Part shown: piece after piece, positions 11,748 to 26,500 of the stretch
How the letters are laid out: the number at the start of each line of letters is the position of its first letter
Numbering within the stretch: position 1 is the first letter of the stretch
Assembly (NCBI GenBank): GCA_963628445.1
Contig: CAVGEZ010000092.1
Coordinates: forward strand, 10,634-74,633
Length of the DNA stretch: 64,000 bases
Reading direction: 5' to 3'
Source of the DNA: an uncultured Eubacteriales bacterium
Lineage (GTDB): Bacteria; Bacillota_I; Bacilli_A; Acholeplasmatales; Anaeroplasmataceae
Program-made: the position numbers and the translations under genes
The notes under the pieces: model-generated
Database searches by the model: none
Seen by the model: only the letters and a program-made list of their open reading frames with translations
Told to the model about the DNA's origin: nothing

Positions 11748-14700
11748 ATGAAATAGAATGATTGGTTAGTAGCATCTTTAAATAACCCTGATTTTACACC
11801 TTAGGATTTTAAGGATGTTTCTGGAATGACATTAGATAATACTCAATTTTTATCTAAAGATGAATATAAAAAGAGTTCTTTTGTAAGAAATTAGAAAGCT
11901 TCCTAGGATAATGAGGGTAAATTTTCAGATGATAAATTTGATGCTTATTATAAGAATATTGCAAGTACTTTTAATACGTTTAGTACAGAAGATGAAGTAG
12001 ATAATTATCAATATAGTGTCTGGGATATTAATAGACCTACAGAAGGGAAAATAAAGGATGTTAATTTTAACATTTCTTCTATTAGTAATCCAGAACATAT
12101 TAGGATAGGTGTAGAAGGTATAAATAAAATTTCTACATCTGATAAATCTCGTAGAGAATTAGCACAAAATAGCAAGATATATGACCCTGCTACTGGAACT
12201 TATTTAGACAAGTCCGTTAATGATATAACTTTATTCTCTAATCCTCTTGGTTATATTTCATCTCTTTTTGGAGAACCTTTAGTGTATGCTACTTATGATG
12301 AAGATACAGTAGAAATTGATCCTGTAACTGGAAATAAGGTAAAACATTTAAAAGGAGAATGGAAAATTAATGATGAGGGAGAGTATTACACGGAGAAAGC
12401 TAATGGAAGAAATCTACGAGATAAGCAAGTTGTGTCTGTTGAGGATTATTTGACTTCTGAGGATAGTGCTTTAAATAAGTATGACTTCATGGATTCTGAT
12501 GATTTAGAAAAATCAGTAGCAGGTACAGTAGCTAAAAATGTAGCTGCAGTTATACCTATGTTAATTCCTGGGGTTAATACTGTGTATTCAGGATTATTAG
12601 TAGGTAGAGAGCTTGCTAAATCTCTTCCTATGGCTTATGGTATGATGGCTTCTTTAACAGGAGATAATGTTGTAGATAATTAGCTTGCTAATACTATAGC
12701 TGCCTATGGTTAGAAATTTACAGGATCTACTTCGGACTATGCTCAAGAAAAAACTTTTAGCTTTGAGAATTTTGGTAATCTAATGTCTGACGTTGCTTTG
12801 CAATGGGGGCAATAGAAATTTATAGCTAATACTTATAATAAATTAAAAAGTGGTAGTAAAGATTCTTTAATAGCTGCTGAAATTAATGCACAAAAAGAGT
12901 ATTCTGATAAAGCTACTCAATATATTATTGATGCTGGTCAAGGAAAAATTAGTGCAGCTTAGTTAAATTCTTATGTAGGTATTACATAGCCCGGAGAAAT
13001 ACTAGAAGCTATATAGTCTGGAAGATGGGCTAACACAGCTTTAGGTAAAGCAGCTTTAAATAAATATTTACCAGCAGTCGAAAAAACCATACAAAATAGA
13101 AATAGAATGGCACAAGATTTATCTCTTGTGTATATGGCAATAGTTTCTAATACTGATGTATACGATTCTATTCTATAGAAAGGTGGAACACCTGAAGAAG
13201 CAGCAGCTTTAGCCTTTGGATCTACTCTCGGAATGTTTGGAGTAGATAGATATTTAGGTTTAGGCGAAATGTTCTTTTAGAAAGATGAAGCAAAACTTGC
13301 ATTACGTTAGGCAGCTAGAGAAAACGCTGAATTATATATGGCAGGAAAGAAGGCTGCCATAGATACTTCTACTAAAAAAGGAATTGTAGGAGCCATCTAG
13401 AAAGGTATTGACTTAGGAAAGAAAACTGTCGATTCTTTCAGTACTAAATATAAAGATGGTACGTTAGGATTAGTTGGTAAGGCTATCGGTGAAGGTGCCG
13501 AAGAAATGGCTGAAGAATTAGTAACCGACTTTACTAAAACTTTGGGTGAATTAGCAGGTAAACTTGGATATTTTTCTCAAACTGACTATGGAGCTTGGGA
13601 AAATGCTGGGGAACGTTACGCTATGTCGTTCTTAGGAGGTTTTGCCGGCGGTGCTATGTTTGGTGGAGTTGAGGCGTGGAATAATCGAAATAATTCTACC
13701 AAACAATTTCAAAATGAAATAACTTATCTGTTAAGACAAGGTAAAAAAGGAGAAATTCTTTCAGAGCTTAAAAAACTATAGAAGACAGGAAAATTAGGTA
13801 GCACTAATCTATCTTATGATAGTGTAACCAATTCTGATGGGACAGTTACTTAGCTTACTGCTAATGAAGACCATAAATCTTAGGCATAGTCTAATTATGA
13901 AGGTCTGTCTAACATTATAAATCAACTAGATTTTATTCTTAATGAAAATCAATTGAATCTTTCCGAAGATGAATTATTCGATAAAATGGTTCAAGGAGAG
14001 TATAGAGCAAATGCTCTTTCTGATTATCTTAAAGGAGAAGATCTGGAGACTGCAAAAAATATATCTTATATATCTAGATTTCAAGAGGATTTTTAGAATT
14101 TGTCTAATCAGATTATAAATATAGAACAACAGATAAATGAAAAAATTAGTAGTACTACTGATGAAGAAAAGAGAAAAAATCCTAAATATAAAGAGGATTT
14201 GGATAAACTTCAACAATAGAAGTAGGAACTTTTAAAAGAGAAAGATTATCTCTTTAGTGAGGGTTCTTTAGGCTACTTAGAAAAGACTTTATTTGCAATG
14301 GATACTAAATTAAGTAGTAATTTTCTAGCTCTTAATTTAAATCAATTTGCAAGAGATATTACAGGAAAATCTTTATCTCAATTAACATCAGCAGAATTAG
14401 AAACTGTACAAGATTTATTTAAAAAATCTTAGAATAATGCTAAAGATAATCTAGATAAGGGGTTCAAGCTTTATAAACAAATGGAAGCAGAACTTACACC
14501 CGAGTTATCTGGATTAAAAAATATTGATACTATTAAGAAAATTAGAGAATCAGATCCTGCAAACAAATTATTAAAAGAAACTGATAAACTAGATTCTGAA
14601 ACAGATGAGGAATATGAATCTCTAAGTGAGCCAAAAGAAGGGGAATCTCAAGAAGATTATAATAAAAGAGTTCAAGCACATAAAGATGCTGTAAAAAAGT

Positions 14701-17700
14701 ATAATCTTGATAATCAATTTAACTGGATTCAAGAATTTGCAAAAACTCCTATAACTACTACTGACTTTAGATATTTTGTATCTAAAGTAGGTGCATTGAG
14801 AAATGAATTAATTAAGTACTACCTTGATAATACAACTGTAAAACAATCTGACGGTACTACTAAACCTTTCTGGCAATTATCTGCTGTCTCAAGTAATGGA
14901 GAGCCAAAAGCAGAAGATATTTCTGATGTAGAACTTTTGAATAAAGATATATATGACTATATCCTTCAAATAGGAGTATAGGATATAGATTCTTTAAAGA
15001 ATACCATTAAAAAACGTATTAGGGAAACTGCTGAAGGAATGGTGGTAAGAAATTTGCCAAGTCTTAACACAGTTACTTATGATGGTATTATTCAGAGCGA
15101 ATTAAAAACACTTTCAGATCTTTCAGCAGAAGAAAAAGAAGCTCATTCTGTTCCAACAGATTATAAGTATGATAACAATGGGGTTATTACTTATAAAGAT
15201 TTAATAGCTTTTATGAAATATGAAGGATGGGGATCAGATGAAATGTGGGGCTACTTACAAGATAGCGGTGTTACTGCAGAGGATTTGGAAGCTTTTTAGA
15301 AATTTGTTGCAGAAGTTGCAATTAATCCTAATCTACTTCAAGAAGATATTGCAGACACTATTTTTGATGTTAGCGAAACAAAGAAGAATGAATTAGCTGA
15401 TAATCTCACTGATTAGGTTTCTGAAGCCTTCTTTAAGAATTTAGATTCTTTTGTAAAAGCTTTAAATGAGTCAAAACAATTAAAAACTTTAAATGCTCTT
15501 GAAAAAGCTACATTCGTAAAGAATCCTATAATTCCGCTCATAAATAAGATTTCATCCTTTACAAAGAAAGGAACAAATGTAGAATCTCTATTACAAGAAA
15601 TTTATGAAACATATCATAACTAGGAACAAAATTCTGATTTTTAGTTAACGGATTCATAGTTAGCTGACTTAAAGTAGATTCTACAAGATTTTAAAGTAGC
15701 ACAGGCATTTTTATATGGAGCTTCCGTTTCATCAGATAATACCCACCCTGTAGGACATAATAAAACTTTAAATGACTTTATAAATAATCATAAAGATGTA
15801 TTTCCTAATGCATAGGAATTAGTTGAAATATCTTCTGAAGATTTTAATATGCTTTTAGGAGAAATTGCTACTTATTCTAGGGAAATTAACTCTTGGATAG
15901 CTAAACATGAAGCAAACACTGCCTAGAGGGAAGTTAGGTTTATTAAAACAGATGAAGCTTTAATTAAAACTATTAATTAGTTTTTTAAATTAAATAGAAA
16001 TGCATTTAAAATTTCTCCTACATTAGACTTATTAGATGGCTATGAAGCTCAAACTTTAGATGACTCTCTCAGCACCATAATAGCTCTGCAAGAGATACTA
16101 CATAATAATTTCCTAAAATCTGGATTAAATATAGATGAAGTTTTAGATAAACTTTCTCCAGTTATATTTGATAGGAAGAGCGCGCTTAGCCAAGATAATC
16201 TAGTATTAGATGAAAATTTAACTTATAAAGATTTTTCTGCTTACGATAAATTTTAGTTAATAGTTAGTTCTTGTGCAGCTAGTTCTATCCAATATTATCA
16301 AAATTTAAGAGCTTTCTTAGAAGCTAATAATAATTTAGCACCTATATCTTCTTAGGAATTTCCATCTAAGTTGGTATATGCACAACAATCTAATGCAAAA
16401 TTGATTAACAAAGCTCTTGAATGGTTGGCAAAAGATTCTAAATTTGATGTTGCATATAATACTACTATATCTACTGGAGTAGGAGGTAGTGGAAAAACAT
16501 TTGCAGTAGCTAGATTAAATGTTGGAACTGGTAAAGATTGTTGGTTATCAGGGCCTGCACAAAGCCAAGTTGACAATTTAAATAAAAGTTTACCTGAGGG
16601 TGAAGGAAAAACTAAGCAAGACTTACTTAGTATTATCTTCGGAGGTACTGTGCCATCGGATTATTGGACAATAAGTAGAGAGGATGGATCAGCTTGTGCA
16701 AAATTAAAGAATGACTTAAATATTCAAAAAATAGACAATGCTCCAAAGAACATTGTCATTGATGAAATTACTCATTTTAGCACTCCTGAACTTTTAGCTA
16801 TTTCTAAGTTCTGCGAAATAAATAACATAAACCTAATAGTATTAGGAGACACTCATCAAAACGGGTATCTTGATAAAGATAATATTGGAAATATAGAGAA
16901 TAATTCTTTAATTGCTTGGAGAACTCCTTCCATGTATCTTTCTTTAAGAAATGGAAATGCTATTAAAGTAGCTAATCAATCACCTCTTATTAGTATGATT
17001 GATAAATTAGCTGTAGAAGATCCCTCTATATATGGACGTACTGTTTATGATGACTTATTTAAAAGCTTTAGGTTAAAATATTATAATAAAGAAACTTTCA
17101 ATGGTGATTTAATAACTGATTCAGTAGATGATTTGTTAAATAAAATTCCTAAAGATGCTACTATTGGATTTATTGGAGATAATACATCTCCTGAATATAA
17201 AAAATTAGTAGATGCTGGTTTTAAAGTAAGTGACCCTATAGCACCTCTTGATGTTTAGGGTAAAGAATTTGATTATGTTGTTGTAGACAAGAAATGGTCT
17301 TTAGATCCTATAGGAGATAATTGGAATCTAAACTATTATAATATATAGGAATTTAATAAAGACCTTTACACCATGATTACTAGAAGTACTCAAGGTACTA
17401 TATTAATAGATAATGGATTATCTAATATTATAGGTAAGAGTATTGAAGTAGAATCAAATGGAGTATATTCAGGAATAGAGAAATCTATAGAAAACTTTAG
17501 GAAGAAACGTATTCCAGAAATTGATAAGGCTTTAGAAGATACCAAAGATCTTTTATTATAGCAAAAACCAAAAAAAGAATCAGAACCTCAAGAAAAAATA
17601 GTAGTAGGCGGTACAGAAATTACCAATGATGAATTAAAAGAGGAGGGAGACTCTGTAAAACTTGGAGATAATACAAAAGAAATAGGGGATTCTAATAATG

Positions 17701-20576
17701 ATGAATTAGGAACTATAACAGATGCATCTTTGAATATATCTGCTTACAGTAATGTTAGTTATTCAGGAATAAATACTGCTAATAAAGAATGGGTAAATGA
17801 TACTAATAGTTATAGTGATTTAGGAATCTTTGTAAAGCCCGGAGAAACTGTAACTGAAAATAAAGTAGACTTAATGACTCAAGTTCTTACTTTAAAGAGT
17901 GCTATTATTTATGGTTCTACTTATGTTGAACTTCCAAACTATATCACTTAGCTATTTGATGAAGATGCTTTCAAGAATATTGAATATTATGTAAAAATTG
18001 AGGATATTTCTGATTCAAATCGTTTAATAGGATTAACTAAAGGTTTAGGTTTAGAAAATGAAAAACGAGGAATATAGAATAAAGTAATTAAAGTAGTTGC
18101 TAAACTGAAAGGTAGAGATGGAAATATATATTCAATCTCACTAGGAGGATTAAATAATCCTGAAACTTGGAAATAGAATGCTCCGAAAATAAAAGCAGCT
18201 ATTAAAGCTCGAATTGATAACGGTGATCCTAATTCAGAAAGTTTATAGAAAGAATATGATAGTTATGATGATAACATAGTTAAATATGAAACTAAGGTTT
18301 CTGAATGGGTTAAAAAGAATTAGGAGTTTAGAATAAATCCTCCTAAATTCTCATCTTATACAAGGCTTCAACCTTTAAAAGCTTCTTATAGACTAGAAGA
18401 TTCTGTATCTGATGATGCAATTTATAAAAGCTACGTTCCTTTGCAAGTAGAATCAGCAGTACATATAGTTCTTGGGGATATGCCCGGAGTTGATAAAAGT
18501 TTAATAGGAAAACCTGTTATGTTTGTATCAAGTAATTTCTTACTCAAACCTTCTCAATTAAAAGATGTCTATGTACAGCAAACCCAAAACCCAAATATGT
18601 CTAAACAGGTTAGGATGGTTGTTTTAGATAATGTAGGTGTTTCTTTTAAATCCCTATATCAAAAAAAGTGGTAGGAACTTTACAATATTACAGCAGGAAA
18701 TCTTAAATTTACAACACCTATGGAATTATAGCCTTTTGCTATTAGAATGTATAAGGCTATGTGGAACTATAGAGCAGGTTTGGCTCGATTCTTAGAACGA
18801 TACGAAAGCTTTTTAAAAGAAAATAATCTTAACGATGAAGATATAGTCAAACTTTGTCAAGATGATAATGCTGAATATAATAAACTAAAAGGAGATAAGA
18901 CAGAATTTAGTGAATCTGAATATCGTAAAGCTGTAGATTCTGAAAAAGCTAAAATATTATCTGTGCTATGGAAATTTAATGATAGTCTTGCCGACTATGT
19001 TAAAGAATTTAGACTCGGATATAGTAATGATCATGGAGTTTATTTACGTAAATTGACTAACATAGATACAAAATTCTATGACAATCCTAATAATGTAGTA
19101 GGTATTTATATTAACCCACAAATAGCTCGAGATTAGTATGAGTTAGTTAATAAACTTTTTGAGAATATAGTTGACAAGATTATTCCTACAGAAGGTACTA
19201 ATTTAAAATCCTATATCACTAATACTACTAATTTAGAAAAAGGATGGTTTACTAAAGTAGTTAAATAGAAAGAGATAGAATTAGAATTTATTGATGAGAA
19301 TAATTCTACAAAATCTTCTCTGCATTTAGATAATGTATCTTAGCTAACTACATTACCTTTGATTATTATTAAAGCTGCTAAATATTTAAATGTAGCTAAT
19401 CATGTAGGTTCTTAGGACTATATAGATTTCTTACATCAATAGGCTGAAGATGGGCATACACCTTTTAGTATAAAATATCAAGATAAAGAACTAGATTGGT
19501 TTGATGTTTTAAGTTCTTTGGATAATCAAGTAGGAACTGATCCTGAGAATGATTATGTAGAAGGAATCCCAGGAATTTTACCGTATGATGCTGAATCTGG
19601 CACTGGAACTTTAGATACTAGATTGGATGATTTCTGGAACTTAATGTTTCATGGAACTGTTTCTACCCCTGTAGAAAACGATTTTACTAGAGACTTTATA
19701 AGAGCAACTAGTGCTCAGTTTAAATATGGTATTTTCTCAGATCCTATTGTTGCTTATAATAAAAAGGGTTCCAAAGAAAATGTTGATGTTACTCTTACTA
19801 GTAGAAAATTATTTAGAGTGAATGCAGCTGCTGCAGGTACAGTTATGTAGGTTGATATTTCTCCTTATAAAGAAACTAAGACAAAATCTAAATCTTAGGA
19901 AGTAAAGACAGAATCATTAGAAAATCCAGTGCAACAAACGGCTAATATTATTACTCCTATACTTTCTAAATTAGGTATAACTGTAAAAGCTACTAATTTT
20001 AAGAGTTTAGATAATTATATAAATAAAGTTAATGTAAAAATAAAAAATGTGTTAGAAGATTTTATAAAAGGAAATACTTCTAACAATTTTGAAGATTTAA
20101 TATTAAAAATAGATAACGAAGGTAATGCAGAGTATTTAAAAGATAGAGCAGAATTTAAAGGCAAAACTTTAAAAAATATAGAAGTTATTCCAGATGGTAA
20201 AGCTTTAACTTTTACAGATTCGGAAGGGAAAGAATATATTTATCATATCTGGTATTCTGATAATGAAATCGATGTTAAAGAGATGAATAAAGAAATTGTT
20301 CATGAACAAAATATGACTCCAGAGCAAGTTATAACAACTATAAGTAATCTTATAGAACCATTCTTTAAGTCTATAGAGGATGGTGAAGAAGAATTTAAGG
20401 ATATTATAAAGAAAGTTGCGGAACGCTCCAAAGGTGATATTTCTTGGGACACATTTACTAAGATTATTAATAATGTAGTATTTACGAAAGATTTCAAAGA
20501 TACTTATAGAGATGAAAACGGCTTTGATGAGCTAGAAAAGAATATAAAGAATTTCTTAAACTCATGTCCAATTTAA
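11748..20576 (+). CDS. giant virion/cargo protein, 2942 aa, with embedded SF1 helicase-like P-loop NTPase domain
   Basis: ATG 11748 follows a double TAA. Frame 3 is open to TAA 20574-20576 with about 51 in-frame TAGs. All 12 gaps between track ORFs were checked codon by codon and contain no TAA/TGA. SF1 motifs:
- Walker A GVGGSGKT (16476-16499)
- Walker B VIDEITH (about 16752-16775)
- LGDTHQNG
- DV-Q(TAG)-GKEFDYVVV (17250-17288)
- YTMITRSTQG (motif VI). Confidence 0.8.
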
Positions 20577-20577
20577 T

Positions 20578-23500
20578 ATGAAAAAATGTAAAGTTTCAAA
20601 CTACAGTAAAGATAAGTATTCCAATCTTATTGATTTTGCTAAAATAAAAGCAAGTACTGTTGAAGACTTAATAGAAGAAATCTATGGAGTACTGAAGGGA
20701 TTACCCTTCAGTACAAACATAGAAGATTCTTTAGATACAGACACCTATGCAGAAAGTATTAATGACTTATGTGAGTAGGTGAAAAAAGAATTAGCTAAAA
20801 CAGAACTAGCAAGTACCTTATCTCCAGCAGATAAAGGAAAAATTACTAGATCTTTAAAAGAAAAATTATTACCAACCCCTTTAACTAAAGTTGAACAACA
20901 AATTTCTGCTATTATAAAAGGGACTGATTTAGTTAGAGAAGAAGATGTCCAAGCTATACGGTATCATGGTATTATTAGCGACTTTTACGGTTCTTCTAAT
21001 CCCGGATTAGACAACTTGAGATTATCCTTATTTGAAAGTGAGTTAGGTAATATAGCTATATATAATAAAAAAATTGTAGAAACAGATAAAGAATTAAACC
21101 AAGGTATTATGGATTATCTCGAAAAGCAATACCAAATAATCAGAAAGTATTTGACTGATTACCACTTTTCAGATGATTCTAATTTTCCAAAAGTTTTATT
21201 TACCTCTTGGTCTGAAAATAGAAAAATTAAAGTAAAAACACATGATTACTTTAATACTATAACAGCAATGTATAATGTTATACAACATCTTAAAGAAGAT
21301 AATTCTTTTTAGGATTACTTGGAAGATGGTTGGAATAAAACAATGGATAATTCTACCGAAAGTTCTAAAGGATTAGATATTTATAATGCCATAAGTGCTT
21401 ATATTAATTTAGTTTATTTTGATGCTACTTTAAAACAAGTTTTTTCTAAATTTATAAATATTAATAATCAATAGGAAGTTATTCAGATAGCTGTAGATGA
21501 ATTTGATCATGCTACTGAGATTTATAAATATACTAGAAGTGTTGGAAATGCTAATGCTCGTAAGACTTGGGGGGATGATATTTCTAACTCTCTTGAAGAA
21601 ATGAGTAAATTTCATTAGGTATTGATTAGACGTATTCCTTTGTATGATTATAAAACTGAAGAAAAAGAATATGGTACTCTGGAACCTAAAGATGTAGTAG
21701 GAGCCTTTACTTTACTTAAAGTTGCAGGAGCATTAGTAAAAGATGCTGAATTTAGAACTGCTATAGAAAATCTAAATAATGATAATTCTAGAAAGAAAGG
21801 AGATCTTTTTACGATATTTCATAAATTATTTGTTGATAAGAATTAGAACATAATACATGAGTTAAATAATCGTGGGTTAGATCAAAACTATCTTAATATT
21901 ATTTATTCTGTATATCAAACAGTTTTTTCAAATTCAAAAAATTCTTGGAAATCTATTGAAAATAATTTTTTAAAAGAAAAGGGTATTCATTCTCGTTATA
22001 ATATGGCTGAAACAATACTTAATGTTATTAAATCTAATACTATATTAAGTTATTTGTAGACTACCTATAATTATGATAATGAATAGATGGTTACTGCTAT
22101 TAAAGAAAGATATTCTTATTCTAAAACTAAATTTGATATAATTCATGACATAGATGATAATACTATTCAGAGAGAAGATACCAAAGAACTTCTTACTGCC
22201 TTTCCTTTAAATAAGTTAAATGATGGAAAGAGTTATAGTATTAAAATAGGGGAAAATGTCTATAATATCGTAGTAACTGGGGATAATGTAAATATACTTT
22301 CTAAGAAAAATTCTGCTTCTAATTTTGATATTAGTGAATTAGCCAAAATCAAAGATGTAGAATGTAAAACTAATTCACAACGTGAGCATCTTTTAAGTGG
22401 TCAAAATTTAACTGATTCTGAAAAACAATTCATGGAAGTTTTGTCTTTCATAGACACAATGTTAAATACTACTTTTAGTGTAAGCAGTCAATCTTTGGAA
22501 GAATTTCATTTATCCAGAAAAAATAGACCTAATTTCTTCCACAACCTCTTTATGTCTGCTGCAAGAGCTTTAGTTATATAGGATATTTATAAAGATTTCA
22601 GAACAGCTAAAAAAGAAAATGGTGATACTTATGCTAAGAATGAACTTAAAGATTATTTAAATGATTCTAATAAATTCCCGGGGATTGTAGGAACTAATAA
22701 AGATTACTACTATTTTATTAAAACTATAGAGGGAAATCAATTAAAAACATTAGATAATAATGAATAGTGGGTTATTGATTTAGCTAAAGTTCGTGCCATT
22801 TTAAATAGAGATACTGTTAATTCCACCATTTCAGATTTAACAGGTAATAAAAACCCTAATTTTAGTTTAGCTTACTTAAGTGGTGATTTAAAAGGGTAGC
22901 TATTAGATTCTAAAAAGGATGCTTCTGCTACTTCTTTTTTACTCTTTTCTGATAATAGAAGTGCTATTATAGAGTCTCCTGTAGATTTGGATGTAGCTGT
23001 TAAAAATAGGAAGTCTAAGCAAGTTAAATCATTTACAGAAACAGAGTTATTTTATCACGCTTTGGTGAATAAGTTCCTAATTCCTTTCTCAGAAGATGGA
23101 ACAATTTTTATTCAATCAACTACTCAATCGGATAAAACTAAATTTATTCCTTATCATATTAATTTAAATGATATTGTAATTAATGGCGTTTCTTTAAGTT
23201 AGATAGTAAAAACTTATGGTTTTGAAAATTCTATAATAAATGCTATTCAATCCACTATAGGTCAAGCCTATAAACATGTATATAATTCTGTTTTAGAAGA
23301 TTATTAGAAACTTTTTCCTAGTATAAAAACTATAGACGATGTTAATCAACTCTTTAAAGGTAAACCTGTAAAGTTAGCAGATTCTGAGGATGTTTATATT
23401 ATAAGCGATGAAAAGTCTTTAATGAATGCGGTTCGTGCTTATAATAAAAATCATCCAAGAATTACTATTTATAAAGATTTACATTATAGACAAATTAAAG

Positions 23501-26500
23501 GAGGAAAGTTAGCATTTAATGAATTACTATATGAGTTTTCTCAAAATTTATATAATGATACTAATTATTTAAAACAGAGATTAGATTTTGAACGTAAAAG
23601 GTTCTTAAAAGATTTAATAAAGAGACGAATGAATATTAAAGCAACTCCTCAGATTAAGAATATATTAGTTTAGTCTTTTGGTGTTGATCTTAGTCGATGG
23701 GTTCAGACAATAGGGAAAGAAGAATATGTTGTTCTAGCAAAATCAAATGGATAGAATGTTTTCACTTTAAAAGATATTGGTGAGGATATTACTTTGAATC
23801 CGTTTCTTAATGCCTATTTCCTTATAGATAATTTAGTGGGAAATAATTTACGTTTTTCTGGAACAGGTTCTGAAATTAATCATAAAATTAAAGCATTAGG
23901 AGGTTTAGATTTAAAGTCTAAAATTAATGCAAATATAGAAGATTTGTTACTTCTTAAACCAAATTACATAGAAGATAATTTAACTTTCTATGACCTAGAC
24001 CAAATGATTAAAAAAGGTAGAAATATTCCTGAGTTGTCTGAAACAGTAAACGAGTTAAAGAAAGTATATTCCAAACAAATCCTTTTGATGGAGAATTTAG
24101 GACAAGGAGCACAATTCAAAAGAAATGTAATAATGTCTGCAACAATGCAGAGAATTTGTCCTAGTTTAGAGGGAATATCTGAAATGTTAAATGTTGCATG
24201 TATTTCTGATGTTACTTATAATATCTTTAATTTTTCTGGAAAAACAGATAAGTTAAAAGTTCATGATGGCTCTGCTTTAATAAGTCCTTTAGAGTCTATA
24301 TTAGAAAATAAATCATTAGGTTCAAATGAAGTAGGGTCTGTTAAGAAACCTATTCAACACTCATTTAATAATAAGTATATGACTGCTACTTTATTAAAGT
24401 ATGCAACAGATACTATTACAAACCAATGGATGAGGCAATCTGTAGGTAATGATTTGAATAATAATCAGCATGCTATTAATCTCCTAAACCTCTTTAAGAA
24501 AATGCATAATAAAAGATGGCATAAACTAGGAGAAAATGGAGAAATGCTTGATGATTGGGTTGATGGAGAAATAGATCTTATAAATGGATGTGCATATAAA
24601 AAAGACGAAGAACATGAAATTCTTTTTAAAGATGACATTCTTCAAGGTCATGATTTGTTTTATAGAAAAGGAGGAAAACATTATAAGATAGAAAATTTTG
24701 GGAGAGAAAACGGAATCTACTACACTGTTGAAAGCGAAGTTGACTTTATGGGAAATGCTCTATCGGGTGAACGTGGTAGGCAACATAAAGTATATCATTA
24801 CTTTGACAGTCAATCAAATCACATTCCTTCTTAGTTCTTATTAGAGGGTACTACTAACCATACTATAGATTCTCTTTATGAATTACATACAGCACTAGGA
24901 GGAATATGGTCTGAAGCTAAAAATGAAGATCGTTTAAATTATTCAGAATCTTCAAATATAGTTGTAGTTAATTTTATTAATTATGTAGCTACTTTAAAAC
25001 AAGGAGCAGACCCAACAGATTATAGCATAAATAGTTATGATTAGCCTCTAAAAAGAGCTATGATACATGTAGTAGCTAATGATTCAGCTGTTAAAAATGG
25101 TGTAGGAAATATAAATGATGATTCAGTTTGGTATAATGATTCAGACTTAGAATATATGCAAATAGATTCTAAAATGTACGGTATACAACAAGATTCTGAC
25201 CACACTGCTGATGAAGCTCATATGACAGAATTTTCTTAGGTTATATCCTCTCTAGATGCAGGTGGGTATTTACACGATTATGTTTCTCAAATATATCAAT
25301 AGCTTGGATAGGTTGCCATAGATTTATCTTCTGTTGAATTAGATGCAGTAGATAAATTCAGAGAAAGTGGTAATCTTTCTGATTTATATGATATTGTAGG
25401 ACGTACTATAATTGCTAATATTAAATCTGGTAGAAATTAGGTAGGTTTAGCTCAAGCTATAATTAATAATATTAAGAGTAAATTTAATCTTAATATAGAT
25501 CATAGTTTGGATGATTTAAAGATACCTTTTAGTGATCCTAACATATATAGTAATATTCTTTCTTCTTTTGTTTCTAACATAAACAAGAAATCTATAAAAA
25601 GATAGTTTCCTGGACTTGGAACTGTTATGGTTCCTTCATTTAATATCTCTATGATTTATGATATTAATGGGATTACATATCAATTTGAGGATATTATTAA
25701 AGAAGCTCAAGAGAATGGAATTACATCTACAGAAATAGATAATACAAAATATAATTAGGATATTGCAAAACAATATTTGAATAAGTTACAAGAAAAAGAA
25801 CAAGTAACTACAGATATTAATGAATTTTATCCTACTGATAATGTTTTAGTTACTATTTTAGGTACAAAAAATGGAGAAACAAAAGAATATAAGGAACATG
25901 TATCTTTAAATGGTATAGAAGACTATTATAACTTTACAGACAATCCTGTAGAATATCTTACTAAAAAAGGGTATTCCAATATTACTAATTTAACATATTA
26001 GAAAGACCTTACAGTACCAAGAAACTTAGCCCCTGCTCGAATTACTTGGGATTACATTGATTCTGATGGTAAAGAGCATCATTGTAACATATTTAATCAT
26101 TGGAGAGTACGAGGTCAGATTAGAGAATTTTTACAAATTCAAGCATCTAAAGGAAGTAAAGAAGAAAAGAATCTCTCTAGAAAACTCGCTAGTAAAAAAT
26201 GGGATGTAGACCAAGCTTTCAAAGATTTAAAGAAGGGTATTTATGAGCCATATCAAGGAGCATCTCCAGTGCAGATAACAAATTTAAAGAATGATTCTGC
26301 TGAAATAATAATGTCCAATATCTATGCTTCTAAATTTAATATAAAGAAGGGGGATAGTCTAGTAGACGTATTAAAACAGGGAGAAGCATACTTTTCAGTT
26401 CCTGAAGTTAATTTAGAATCGGATAAGTATGATATGGTGTTTACTAAAGGCGATGGTTCTCATGATTATATTACTTTCAAACCGTTATCAAAAAATGATG

